Below are positions 1-12,381 of a stretch of DNA of 64,000 bases, piece after piece. The notes beneath the pieces were generated by a model that worked only from the letters and a program-made list of their open reading frames with translations, had not been told where the DNA came from and ran no database searches. The DNA is taken from NCBI RefSeq assembly GCF_021869535.1, contig NW_026262701.1, positions 18,786,001 to 18,850,000 of the forward strand, given 5' to 3'. Within the stretch, counting starts at the first letter, position 1; every line of letters begins with the position of its first letter. The translations under genes and the position numbers were made by a program. The DNA comes from Mytilus californianus. Its lineage: Eukaryota.

Positions 1-319
1 GGTAAACTCAAATTATAGATGTCTTGGAAACATGCATCATTTAAGGATTAGATTTGAAAGTGAAATATAAAATTTAAAAATAAAAAAAAAGGCTTCTACA
101 AGTGTTTTAATGTTTTACAGTATATATGATTGATTGATTGTTGATTATTTTACGCTGCATCAGCAAAAAAAAAGGCTATATCGTGGCGAAACTGTATGTA
201 TAATAGCCTCGTACTATCTGGTTCATATTTTTATCCTATATGAAAAAGTTCTCAGGACAAAAGAAATTGAAGTGAAACAATTAAAATTTACAATGTATTT
301 TGTGATGTTATTACTTGTA

Positions 320-446
320 TTGTAATTAATTACATTTCCAAATCAATGATATTATAATGTAATTAATTACATTTAAAAATCAATGTAATTGTAACGTAAT
401 TAACTACGTTTAAAAATAAATGTAACTAAAATGTAATTAATTACTT
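320..446. repeat. Four copies of the 16-bp palindrome ATGTAATTAATTACAT at exact 37-bp spacing
   Basis: Copies, each with a few substitutions, start at 320, 357, 394 and 431. Confidence 0.8.
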
Positions 447-457
447 TGGCATGTAAA

Positions 458-1123
458 AAGTAATATAATAGAAATACCGAACTCCAAGGAAAATTCAAAA
501 CGGAAAGTCCATTATCAAATGGCAAAATCAAAAGCTCAAACACACCAAACGAATGGAAAACAACTGTCATATTTCTGACTTGGTATAAACATTTCCTTAT
601 GTAGAAAATGGAAGATTAAACCTGTTTTATAGCTAGCTAAACCTTTCACTTGTATGACAGTCGCATAAAAATTTCATTATATTGACAACAATGTGTGAAC
701 AAAACAAACAGACATAATACATAAACATGTCAGAAATGGGGGTACAGCAGTCAACATTGTGTTATAATCTTAATCACTATAAAAACAAACAAATATGTCA
801 ACAAAGAAAAACAAAATGGCATATAGACAAAGCACATTAGCAAAATTGAAAGACAGGGATACAAAAAATGACCATAGCACAATAACACAATGGCGGGATG
901 TATAAATACCGAGCCACGCCAAAAGGATATTACCAAAAATGGACTAAACAATAATGGTAAATAATTTACAAAGATGAATGAAAGTATACTATAACACGTA
1001 ATGAAGATGATAAACAACGTCAGTACCTAGAATCTATACTTCAAAACCATCATGTATTATTTGTGAAGCTGATACGGAATATTTATTAACAAGGTGTTGG
1101 TATCTTCCGATGAACTCTTTTAG
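458..1123 (-). mobile_element. 5'-truncated Penelope-like retroelement: RT C-terminal 29 aa plus 3' region (repeat family B)
   Basis: 1123->1034 translates LKEFIGRYQHLVNKYSVSASQIIHDGFEV*, homologous to the RT end LRKFYGRHHELVDCYGITVSQMISDMF at 32.8 kb. The adjoining sequence recurs at ~2005-2265, ~23425-23830, ~40985-41540 and ~63200-63680. Confidence 0.75.
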
Positions 1124-4027
1124 AAATTGTTTGCACCTACCGAAATAAAAATTTACAAACATATACGTATTTAACGAAGATATGGTTAAATTCTCATGTT
1201 TTTGTGTCAATTATAGGGCCATGATCAGAAAGTTAACGAAGTATCATAAGAAATTTGAGTATTTGAACTGTACTTCAAAGATATAAGAACCATTTTAAAA
1301 TGTCCATAAAACTAACAAATTATATCTCTAATAAAGATATCTGACGCATTCAGATTGGAGCATATGTTGAAAAACTATTTTAAAATGACATTTTTATGAC
1401 TTTGTGATAGTATGTAACGGTCCTGAACTTGACGACTAAAGACTGACCATTCTGAAAATTGATCATATTGTCTCTGATAAAAAAAATATACATGTATAGT
1501 GGTACTTATACTTTGCACAGACAAGTACCTATAAAATTGAGATAAAATAAAAAATTATACAGAAAAAGATAACACGTAAACACTTGAAATAAACGGGTTG
1601 AGAACCAGGAAGAAATGCCAATAATAACCAAATCAGGATAAATGAAACAATTAAGGACCAAACCATTTCGGCGCGTGTAACGGAAGGACGCCTTAAGGAA
1701 ACAGCACATCAGTTGACAGGTAATTAAATTTGCGATATTTATAGATATATTGACGGTAAAGGTGAAATTTCTTTTTTCAAGTATAATATTTGGTACCTAA
1801 AGACATTCATCGAATCTTAATTAATGTATTTATAAGAAACTGAAAATGTCAAGAAATGATATTTGTATAGGACTTGAGCTAATACAGACATTTTTAAATA
1901 ATAGACTTTAAGTGTAGATTTACTGAACTGATAAAAAAATCAAGATATTACAGTTCAGACAATATTAAAGGGCTTAAAAGGATTCATAACGAAAAAACGT
2001 TTTACAAAAATACCGAATTCAAACTTAAATTCAAAAAGGAGAAATCCATAAAAGCCGACAAACTCAAACATTATCAATCAGATGAAAAAGTTAAAAACAG
2101 CTGTCATATTCCTGACTTTGTACAGGCATTTTCGGAAGAAAAGGTGGGTTAAACCTAGTTTTATATATGGCTAGGTAAACCTCTCATAGTTCTGTTATAT
2201 TGACAAAATTGGGTGAGCAACCCAAAAAGACATAATAGGTTAAGATGACAACAATTGGCACCCAACAGCCAAAACTGTATAAACGTGCATCACAGGCATA
2301 CAACACAACTGACTAAAACTTTCAAACAACATACACAACAATCTACCAAAGATGCAACTAGCGACGGCAGCGCAATGCAACCTACAAAGTTCGAAACAAT
2401 ATGGCAATGATGATAACAACAATTTAACTACAATCATCATGTTTATATTAAAGTTTGATTTTCCGTCCGTAAATTTAACGATTTTTATGTACCGTATATC
2501 TTTTGCCGTTGGTCTGAATGTTTTCTGTTTCTAAAACCGCGCGAAAAATACAACATGAATGGGTATGTCTGTAGTTTGTATTGAAAATCGAAATTTGCCA
2601 AACGTAAATATTTTTCTATTGCAGTAAAACGCTATTTATCAATTATTAATTTTGAAAATTTATCGTCGTTATAAGATAGATTTTATCTCAGATTCAAATA
2701 TCTAAAATTTTTATCTGCTGTGCAAGATCGACAACGCTCGGGCTATTACCATGGTTTAGTATAATTAAGATCAAAGGTTACCGAATCAAATTTATACCGA
2801 CCGCGTCGGGGAAATGTTATAATGAGCTAAAACTTGTATTTAGTACAACTCTGATGGAAAATTTTAAACGTGTTATGATAAATTTTCCATCAACGGACAT
2901 TAAAGACCAAAATAAGGGAATATGTGTCTCACACTACAAACATTATGCTGTGATACTATTAATTATAGTAAAAGAAGAAGGACCTTTGTCAATTTCACAA
3001 ATGAGAGTGAAACCATAATTTTGAACATGGCAAAGATAAAAAAACGCCAATTATAAGAGTAAAGCCTTAATTTTGGTATGGATTGAAGGACTTTTTCAAA
3101 TTAATTTAACATTAATACTGGTAATGATTGAAAATATTTTAAACAAAAAACTACACTGATGAGAATGAAACATAGACATTCCTGCTTCTACCTATCAATC
3201 TTAAAATAAAGTTGACCAAAAAAAAAAAAAAAAATTAATGTAAAAACTAACTCAAAGACGAGCAACAGTCTACAAAACATTACGTAGAAAACTAAAGACT
3301 GAGCAAAACGAATAATCTATTTTATTTTAGAATGGTTCATAGAAATCTTTCAATTTGAATAAATAATCTATGTATAACATTAAAATCATAGCAGAACAAT
3401 TGTTGTTATCTGCATTCCTTTTGTACCTGACACATCTGTTACAAAAGTAGTTAAATTGAAATTCTCATATGATATCAGTAAGACATTGATTTAAATATTA
3501 AATTAGACCAACATATATTTTTGTATAACAGAATTTATGTTTCAATGCAGTTACATGGCGTGTACTAATAGATTAAAAATTTTAATGCAAGGGTATCATA
3601 TACAGATGGCAGTGCGTATGACACATTCCGGATTGGATTATCTACCCACTTGTTAAGCCTCTATACGCACTGCTGTGATCATTTTAAGCACTTTTAATCA
3701 ATTCCTTTTGCGAACTTTAGTTCCAACTCCAATTTAATCGTTTTAACATATTCGTAGAAAATTTAATCCTTGCAAAAAACTTGAGCTTATGCAATGATCT
3801 ACGTTAAATACACGTACACATGTCACTATTTTGGATACATTGTAAAACACAAAAGAAAGGATATTACTCAAAACTTGAGTTTAAAAAAGAAAATTTATTT
3901 TTTTATTCGTATTTAACAACATCAAGTTATTTAAAATATTTCTCAAACGAGTGTGAACATATTCCGCGCACAGTTTTGAATCTTAAAAAAAGTATCAGTT
4001 GATGCATGCATAACAGGAGACACTTTC

Positions 4028-6223
4028 CCTGTCGACGGGATCCCTGAGCTCATACGATTCGCTCAACAAGATACCTGTCGACGGGATCCCTGAGCTCATA
4101 CGATTCTCTCAATAAGATACCTGTTCACAGGGCCACTGAGTTCATACGATTCTCTCAATAAGATACCTGTCGACGGGATCCCTGAGCTCATACGATTCTC
4201 TCAATAAGAGACCTGTACACAGGGCCACTGAGTTCAGACGATTCTCTCAACAAGATACCTGTCGACGGGATCCCTGAGCGCATACGATTCTCTTAACAAG
4301 ATACCTGTCGACGGGATCCCTGAGCTCATACGATTCTCTCAACAAGATACCTGTCGACGGGATCCCTGAGCTCATACGATTCTCTTAACAAGATACCTGT
4401 CGACGGGATCCCTGAGCTCATACGATACTCTCAATAAGATACCTGTCGACGGGATCCCTGAGCTCATACGATTCTCTCAACAAGATACCTGTCGACGGGA
4501 TCCCTGAGCTCATACGATTCTCTCAATAAGATACCTGTTCACAGGGCCACTGAGTTCATACATTCTCTCAATAAGATACCTGTCGACGGGATCCCTGAGC
4601 TCATACGATACTCTCAATAAGATACCTGTCGACGGGATCCCTGAGCACATACGATTCTCTCAACAAGATACCTGTCGACGGGATCCCTGAGCTCATACGA
4701 TTCTCTCAATAAGAGACCTGTACACAGGCTCACTGAGTTCAGACGATTCTCTCAACAAGATACCTGTCGACGGGATCCCTGAGCGCATACGATTCTCTTA
4801 ACAAGATACCTGTCGACGGGATCCCTGAGCTCATACGATTCTCTCAACAAGATACCTGTCGACGGGATCCCTGAGCTCATACGATTCTCTTAACAAGATA
4901 CCTGTCGACGGGATCCCTGAGCTCATACGATACTCTCAATAAGATACCTGTCGACGGGATCCCTGAGCTCCTACGATTCTCTCAACAAGATACCTGTCGA
5001 CGGGATCCCTGAGCTCATACGATTCTCTCAATAAGATACCTGTTCACAGGGCCACTGAGTTCATACATTCTCTCAATAAGATACCTGTCGACGGGATCCC
5101 TGAGCTCATACGATACTCTCAATAAGATACCTGTTCACAGGGCCACTGAGTTCATACGATTCTCTCAACAAGATACCTGTCGACGGGATCCCTGACCTCA
5201 TACGATTCTCTTAACAAGATACCTGTCGACGGGATCCCTGAGCGCAAACGATTCTCTCAACAAGACACCTGTCGACGGGATCCCTGAGCTCATACGATTC
5301 TCTCAACAAGATACCTGTCGACGGGATCCCTGAGCTCATACGATTCTCTCAACAAGATACCTATCGACGGGATCCCTGAGCTCATACGATACTCTCAATA
5401 AGATACCTGTCGACGGGACCCCTGAGCTCATACGATTCTGTCAACAAGATACCTGTCGACGGGATCCCTGAGCTCATACGATTCTCTTAATAAGATACCT
5501 GTCGACGGGATCCCCGAGCTCATCGATTCTCTCAATAAGAGACCTGTACACAGGGCCACTGAGTTCATACGATTCTCTCAATAAGATACATGTCGACGGG
5601 ATCCCTGAGCTCATACGATTCTCTCAATAAGAGACCTGTACACAGGGCCACTGAGTTCATACAATTCTCTCAACAAGATACCTGTCGACGGGATCCCTGA
5701 GCTCATACGATTCTCTCAACAAGATACCTGTCGACGGGATCCCTGAGTGCATACGATTTTCTCAACAAGATACCTGTCGACGGGATCCCTGAGCTCATAC
5801 GATTCTCTCAACAAGATACCTGTCGACGGGATCCCTGAGCTCATACGATTCTCTCAACAAAATACCTGTCGACGGGATCCCTGAGCTCATACGATACTCT
5901 CAATAAGATACCTGTCGACGGGATCCCTGAGCTCATCGATTCTCTCAATAAGAGACCTGTACACAGGGCCACTGAGTTCATACGATTCTCTCAACAAGAT
6001 ACCTGTCGACGGGATCCCTGAGCTCATACGATTCTCTCAACAAGATACCTGTCGACGGGATCTCTGAGCTCATACGATTCTCTCAACAAGATACCTGTCG
6101 ACAGGGTCCATGAGTTCATACGATTCTCTCAACAAGATACCTGTCGACAGGGTCCATGAGTTCAGACGATTCTCTCAACAAGATACCTGTCCACAGGGTA
6201 ACTGAGTTCATGCGATCCTCTCA
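4028..6223. repeat. 46-bp tandem satellite, ~48 copies, two monomer types, partial 505-bp higher-order repeat
   Basis: Consensus CCTGTCGACGGGATCCCTGAGCTCATACGATTCTCTCAA(C/T)AAGATA. Variant monomer CCTGT(T/A)CACAGGGCCACTGAGTTCA. Monomer starts at 4028, 4074, 4120, 4166, 4212 and so on. Confidence 0.97.
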
Positions 6224-6744
6224 CTTTTGGTATGTTGCCTTAATGTGTCTCTTCTCAAACGAATTACATTATCTTAACATCAGTAAACATTTGTCACCTT
6301 AATGTTGGAATTTCAAAATGACTTTACTATTGTTCAAAGAATAGCTCCATTAGGAAGGCACATACATGGACATTGACTTTATACGTACACTGTAGTTGTA
6401 ATAATAGTTATATTTGCGGTACAAATACTAGTAAGCAATTCATGTTTGGAGTTCCGAGAATCCGTGCTGAACAACGGCAACGGATATAGTAGAACACAAC
6501 AAAAACCCAAAAACCTCAATATGGCATTTTCAAACTTGCAAGTACCAAAATTACTGTGATTTCTAAGGCTCTAATTACCAATTTTTATAAAATAAGAATG
6601 ATTTATAACGTGACATTTTGTATAGACACTGGTCTGTTGTTAAAGACTGTGTCATTTGGTCTATTGTGGTGTGTTGTCTCAAAGACAATCATACCACATC
6701 TTCTTTTTATATGTTTTATATATTGTTAGTTAATTTTATCTTAA

Positions 6745-7134
6745 GGATGTTCGCTACTCTGTTTCAAAATAACAAGCTTTTTAAAAGACTATTATAAATT
6801 GAAAGTATATGAATAAAGGAAATTAAAAAGCAGAAAAAAATTGAGGGTCCGTGTGCTTGTTTTCAAGATATAAGCCATTGAAAATTTGGTGGGAAGTAAT
6901 TCTCTCTAGATTTTTCATAAAATGAGCATTGACACCTTTTTTCTCTCAAAAACTACGAAAAAATAACAAGGATTGTATAAGATTTTCAAATATGGCTTTT
7001 TAAACTATATGTAATAAAAATATGAAAAGAAAAGTAGGGATTTGCGGGCAAATTTTTTTAATGGCACTACATGGATAAAACCAGAGGATTCCGAATATCT
7101 GGTAAAAATTAAAAAACAAGAGGAGCGAACATCC
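6745..7134. mobile_element. Kolobok-type MITE
   Basis: TTAA at 6741-6744 and 7135-7138. Perfect 11-bp TIR GGATGTTCGCT/AGCGAACATCC. TTAA TSD with GG...CC ends fits Kolobok rather than piggyBac. A related copy lies at 27278-27650. Confidence 0.8.
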
Positions 7135-9761
7135 TTAATGCCCTTCGAACGTACTAAATTTATGAGGTGTAATTTACATTTGTTGATTACAAAGACTTTT
7201 GATTTAGGAATTTAACGTCAAATTGCATGTACACATCATGGTATGGACAAATAAGTCCGATTCCTTAATACGCCTACATTATAATGGCAAAAGTTCTATA
7301 GTTACAGGTGTTTTCGATATAATAATCTTTCCTCATTTTCTCCCCAAAAGAATCTAATTTTAGGGGAATTTATTGTGTTTTAAAAATCATAATAACTCAT
7401 TACGGTCTTGACATATCATGGAACTGGTCGAGTTGTTCTTGAACTTAGAAATTGAATATTAGTAATTTGACAAATATTCATCAGCTTTGTTTTTGTTTGA
7501 TACAGTTTTACATAATTTGAGATTACATACACATATGCAGTTTTCATTGAAGTATCTGTTCATTTCATAAACTTTCTATCGTACCTTGAATCTTCGAATC
7601 TCATTGTTATTTCCCACAAAGATTATCAATGGATTCAATCTAAACCCCTTGATTCCTATACGTAATTGTCTGCCTCCATGTAGCCAATAATTGACTTTCA
7701 TTACGTTTCTGACTGGATGGCTAATCAGAGTACATTACCGGCACTATATGAAATAATTATACAAAACTGTTTTCCTGTTTGTGGTCTTAAGAAATCGCTC
7801 AGCAGTTTTTATATGACAAGATTATTGCTTTTACCAAGACTGTCATGCGACCGACGCCAAGGTTAGTAGATTCTATTTTACGACCCATCAACAACAGTAG
7901 TTAAGTGTTTCGATTATGCGTAATTAGTTCGGATAAAAACAGTATTCATTCCATTAAAGAGAACGATCTGTATAATTGAAGAATGAAAACAGCTTCTTAT
8001 TTAGACATAACATATTCAATGGCTTCAGAAAAATGTGTTTGACTGATATCTGGCACTCAGCTGTCTCTTACTTTACCATATTTGTGTTTTTATAGTTGTT
8101 TTTCTGTCTAAGTGACGAGTACTTTTACTAAAAATGATTCTACTCAATGTATATTGCACGTTAATTTTGTTATACACTGGCCATTTAAGTTCACTGCATC
8201 ATATTTTGATAATTTTAATGGGTTTTGAATAGAACAATCCTGTCTCTGTGGACATCGATTGTATCACATCATGTTGTTTTTAAAGTAATGATGTTTGTAT
8301 GTGTTACCTTACTTTTTCTTTGAAAACTTTTAGTTTAATGATGTTGAGATATATTAATCTTAATTATAGCAGATTATATCTCGAGTGGCATGAAACGTTC
8401 CTGTCGTAAGACAAATTGAATTATCATGAAAGCTTAAATCGGATGTTTCCCAGAAGGCTTTTTGAAATTGCACTTTTTAATTGACACTATTGATAGCATC
8501 AGGCTTCAAACAGATGACATGTATGCTGATGTCTTCTGGAATGTAATTGCTAAGCTGTGTAGATTGCCCGATTGGCACTTAACATTCAGTCGAAACCCAG
8601 CTGTAATAAATAATGCTTGGAAACTTTCCCTTAAAGGTATTAGAAAGAAACCAGCGACTCTTTAGGGAATAAAGAAACAAATCTAACGAATAATAACAGT
8701 CATTAAAATTTTAATCCTTAAGTGGTACAAATTTAGATTTTCCCAGCTATACGTATTGGTTTGCGATAAAGTGCAATGGCAGGAATATTTGTTTTTTTCA
8801 TTTTTTCTCTCTCTTTTACAGATATTTCAGTTTTATAGTCGAACTTAGTCCGCATATGTTTCAAATGAAGATATATTAGGGGGCGGAATGAAACCTTAAT
8901 TTAATAATACATTTGTCTTTGTTTTTTATCAAGGCTTAACTAGTCGTTACTAGTCGCCCTTGAGGATGGGTAATAACTCTTGTTAATAGCAGGACACTAG
9001 AGCTAAATATAATTGTTAAGAAATGTTTTTTCTTTAGGGGACATTGTATTGAAATTGGATTCCTTATCACACGACTGTTTCACCAGAAATACCTTCAAGA
9101 GTAAAACCTGCAAGTTTATAAAGGATGAATGTATATGCTCTTTCAAAACGGCAAAGGATTTTTTTTTTGCGATACCAAGGGAAGTAATTATAGGTTATCT
9201 GAAAGAAAACAAAAATCTGAAATTTTCTAACTGCAACAATGTTGGTAGAATTGAATCAAAATATATGACAAAATGTCTTATTGTTTCAGCTGAAAAAGAC
9301 GTCATAAATGTAGGTGAATTTCGCTTAATCCTGATTTTTAATTTCCTACATTTATGACAGTTTTCTGAAAAATTAAAAGTGGCGCCACCCCTTGCCAGCA
9401 AATATTTTTGCTGAAATATTCTAAATATACCGTATCCTTTATTTTTCAAACAATATTTCACGAGGGTTGGCGCCACATATGAAATCACAAGAAAAAGGTT
9501 GTAAAGGTGACACATTTCGAGAAAAATGGACACAAACAAAATATATTCCTATTTCAGGCTAACCAATTTATTAATATGAAGCAGCTATACAATTTTTCTT
9601 GCTATACTTTCCAAAATCATGTATTTAGCAATACATACACAAAAGATTTACTCATTTATTAAGTTTAAAAAAATGCACCTTTACAAGGCCGTTTATCGGG
9701 GTTACTGGCTATACACCTTTCCGGGCTCGGTAAACAACTTCACCGTTAAATTTACGACGTG

Positions 9762-9960
9762 CTATTCCGTCTGAAATAAATTTGTTTTACAGGTACAGCC
9801 AAATTTGCAAACCAAATTTTTGTATCTTTGGAAGAATTTAGTAAAGGTTTTAAGTAATTTGTTGTAACGAAATCCCTGACTTAATAATTTACCAGTAAGA
9901 CATAGATTACGCTCATAGAAATCCAAGACGTTACTACAGACACGGGCATAGCAAACAAGA
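9762..9960 (-). mobile_element. PLE RT C-terminal relic (same subfamily as 51-53 kb)
   Basis: YARVCSNVLDFYERNLCLTGKLLSQGFRYNKLLKTFTKFF matches FARVCNNVFDFHERNLCITEKLLHQGF at ~51.9 kb. Confidence 0.8.
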
Positions 9961-10632
9961 CGGTGTAAAAGGAACATCACCGTCCAAAAAAGGAAAATTA
10001 ACAATAAGAAAAGAAAAATCATCCTTTTGTCGTACATTTTTGTATAGAGTTTCTGGTGTAAAACTGAAATGTTTAATCTAGGAAAGGACAGTTATTGCTG
10101 TTAATATTTGATTTACTGAAGGTAAGTTCCTTTGGGTAAATTAAGACCACCTTGAAAGGTTTTCGTTAAATGTAAAACAAAACGAATACAAAGTTCGCTT
10201 GTATTAAGTAAGAAATTGATTAGACGCATTAGCTCCTGGCAAGCTTCATCCATTTGCTAAGATAATATGATACAGTTTGGATTTGATTTGATTTAAGACA
10301 AATGACATATAAGTTAAAGAAAGAGATGACCACGTGAATGAAAATCAATAATTTAATTCACTTTCAATTTACCGTAAGTCAACAAGTCATTAAGCCATCC
10401 GTCAAACAGCAAGTGCGTCGGATCCATGACAGATTTTGAATGACATTTAATGTTTACTTCTGTTTTCATATCTTTTCAGAATTTTAGATTTGTGCCCGAG
10501 GCAGTTTATAAAAAAAAAAGAACTCGATCACAAAATAAATAGTGTTTTTGTTTTGTTTTATGTTATCCCAGTCTACAAATAACATAATCAAAATTAAATA
10601 TATTGATGATTTAAACATTAACTGTGTATAAC

Positions 10633-11174
10633 CATCTTCACTAGCCAAGCGTTACGATCCACTTCCTTCCTCTCCACCCTTGGCGGATTGAGATAGAATT
10701 TCGGAGACACAAGGTAATGATTTTCATTGGTTGCAGTCGAAACTCACTGCATCCAATCAAAAAGCGCCTATAACATGATCACATGTAAATGTAGAAAGTG
10801 TATGTAAACAATTGCCACGTGCTTATTGTGCAACAAGTCTTTACATCCCTAAACATACGACTATATTTAGTGACAATTTGAATGTTTTTAATCAACTTAT
10901 AGAAGTTCCTGTGTATGTTTCTTGTACAAATGCATTAATGTCAACGTATATGTTCGTTTCCTACTTTACCAAGTGTGTAGAATCTAGACGCTACCGTGTT
11001 TGTACCTCCAAATTAAGAGTTCAAGTGCTACCATTGGTCAAGAATGATGCATTAGAAATGAGTGTGACTTTAATTTACCGATAGATGGCGCAACATTGTT
11101 ATCACAAATGTTGGCTTAATCTGCCAAGGGTAGAGAGGAGGGAAGTGGATCGTAACCCTTGGCTAGCGAAGATG
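10633..11174. mobile_element. Mutator-like MITE with 57-bp TIRs and 9-bp TSD
   Basis: TSD GTGTATAAC at 10624-10632 and 11175-11183. TIRs 10633-10689 and 11118-11174, with a few mismatches. Confidence 0.9.
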
Positions 11175-11489
11175 GTGTATAACGTGTCTGTGCATAAATG
11201 CATTCTGTAATATTTGTAACGTAAATAACCAATAAACAAACACGGACTGCAATCTAGACAGTTCAAATATGTGTAAATAAAATACTTTGACGTTTGATGT
11301 TTTTGACATTATTTGATATTTGTAAAAGTCATTTATGGTACCGAATATATAAGCTTAGTTCACTAGTTTGCTTCAGATACGTACTTAACAGTTAATTTCG
11401 CTTATAAACATCACATATTTACTATTCTGCACGTCTTCAAATTCAATTTTTAAAATATTTTATGCACTAACTAATCATGGATTAAAGAG

Positions 11490-11853
11490 ACGATTAATTG
11501 TTTACAAAACTTTGAATTTTTTGGAATACTGAGGATTTTCTATCCCAAGAATAGATTATCTTAGCTGTATTTGGCAAAACGTTTAGGAATTGTCGATCCT
11601 CAATGCTCTTCAACTTTGTACTTTATAATAAAATTGAGAATGGAAATGGGGAATGTGTAAAAGAGACAATAACCCGACCAAAGAGCAGAAAACAGCACAA
11701 GGCCACCAATATGTCTTCAACGCAGCGAGATAATACTGCACTATTTGGCTTTTTTAACTTTTTTGATTCAAGCGTCACTGACGAGTCTCTTGTAGACAAA
11801 ACTCGCGTTTGGCGTACAAATATAATTTCAATCCTGGTATCTATGATGAGTTA
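11490..11853 (+). mobile_element. Retrozyme/pLTR-like repeat (family 1) with a nested 115-bp PLE 3'-end insertion (11627-11741)
   Basis: Homologous to 36840-36920, 37037-37185 and, reversed, ~23060-23240. The insertion splits GTACTTTAT|TTGGC with TAT duplicated and matches the terminus of the element at 51031. Confidence 0.75.
11772..11815 (+). ncRNA. Type-I hammerhead ribozyme motif, family 1, core mutated (GAA->AAA), probably inactive
   Basis: GCGTCA-CTGACGA-GTCT(CTTGT)AGAC-AAA-ACTCGCGT-T-TGGCGT. Confidence 0.8.
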
Positions 11854-11959
11854 ATTTGGTATAAGTCAATGAAACATCAACCCAACGACAAAGACATCTA
11901 GCTAGCTAGAAGTAAACTTACGGTCTACAACAACAGTAAGGCGTCTATTGTAAATATTG

Positions 11960-12381
11960 ATTTATTGTTGGTTGATTAACGTCCAGTGTCAAATATTTCA
12001 TGCATGTTCAGTACGAGAACAAATTAACAGTAAAAACAATAGGTAGGTCCGGTAATAGAGATCAACTGGTTGCAGGTCGGAAAAAATTGGACTGCCACGA
12101 GAAACTGACGGTATATTGGATAGGGACAGCAATTTAGCCTTGCAACAGGCCACCTACGGACCACTCAAAGAGTTGTAACAAGGGTTCTTAGCGTGCAGAG
12201 AGCGTGACACTCTCTCTACACGAGGCATCGGATTTAACGTCCCCATGCATGTTCTGACCGGAAGTGGCTGCGTACTTGATACATCCCGCACAGCCAAACG
12301 GACACCCCACTTTGGCAAGGATTTTACTGCCGGTCGGAAGAAGACCTGTAGTGACCATATTTCTATTCCCCAGTCACCCCT
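11960..12381 (-). mobile_element. SINE body and 3' tail (Meta-domain-like core; 5' head not seen)
   Basis: GC-rich core GGGGACGTTAAATCCGATGCCTCGTGTAGAGAGAG...GCACGCTAAGAACCC. Tail ...CATGCATGAAATATTTGACACTGGACGTTAATCAACCAACAAT, with tail-only fragments at ~22860, ~34020, ~49805, ~54290 and ~54900. The domain name is from recollection, not a search. Confidence 0.6.

Noticed and set aside
3609-3673. 11-bp inverted repeat GCAGTGCGTAT/ATACGCACTGC
   Set aside because: Too short and isolated to assign; no TSD or second copy.
4028-6223. CRISPR array or cloning-vector polylinker (SalI-BamHI-SacI sites)
   Set aside because: There are no unique spacers and the context is eukaryotic. Graded monomer variants and higher-order structure indicate natural satellite evolution.
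7681-7866. CCAAT-containing promoter-like patch with donor CAAG|GTTAGT as a possible first GPCR exon
   Set aside because: Such motifs are common by chance, and nothing links them to the exon 20 kb away.
9040-9200. Minus-strand GIAKKKSFAVLKEH resembling a transposase C-terminal motif
   Set aside because: Only a short degenerate match; the preceding conserved residues are not recoverable.
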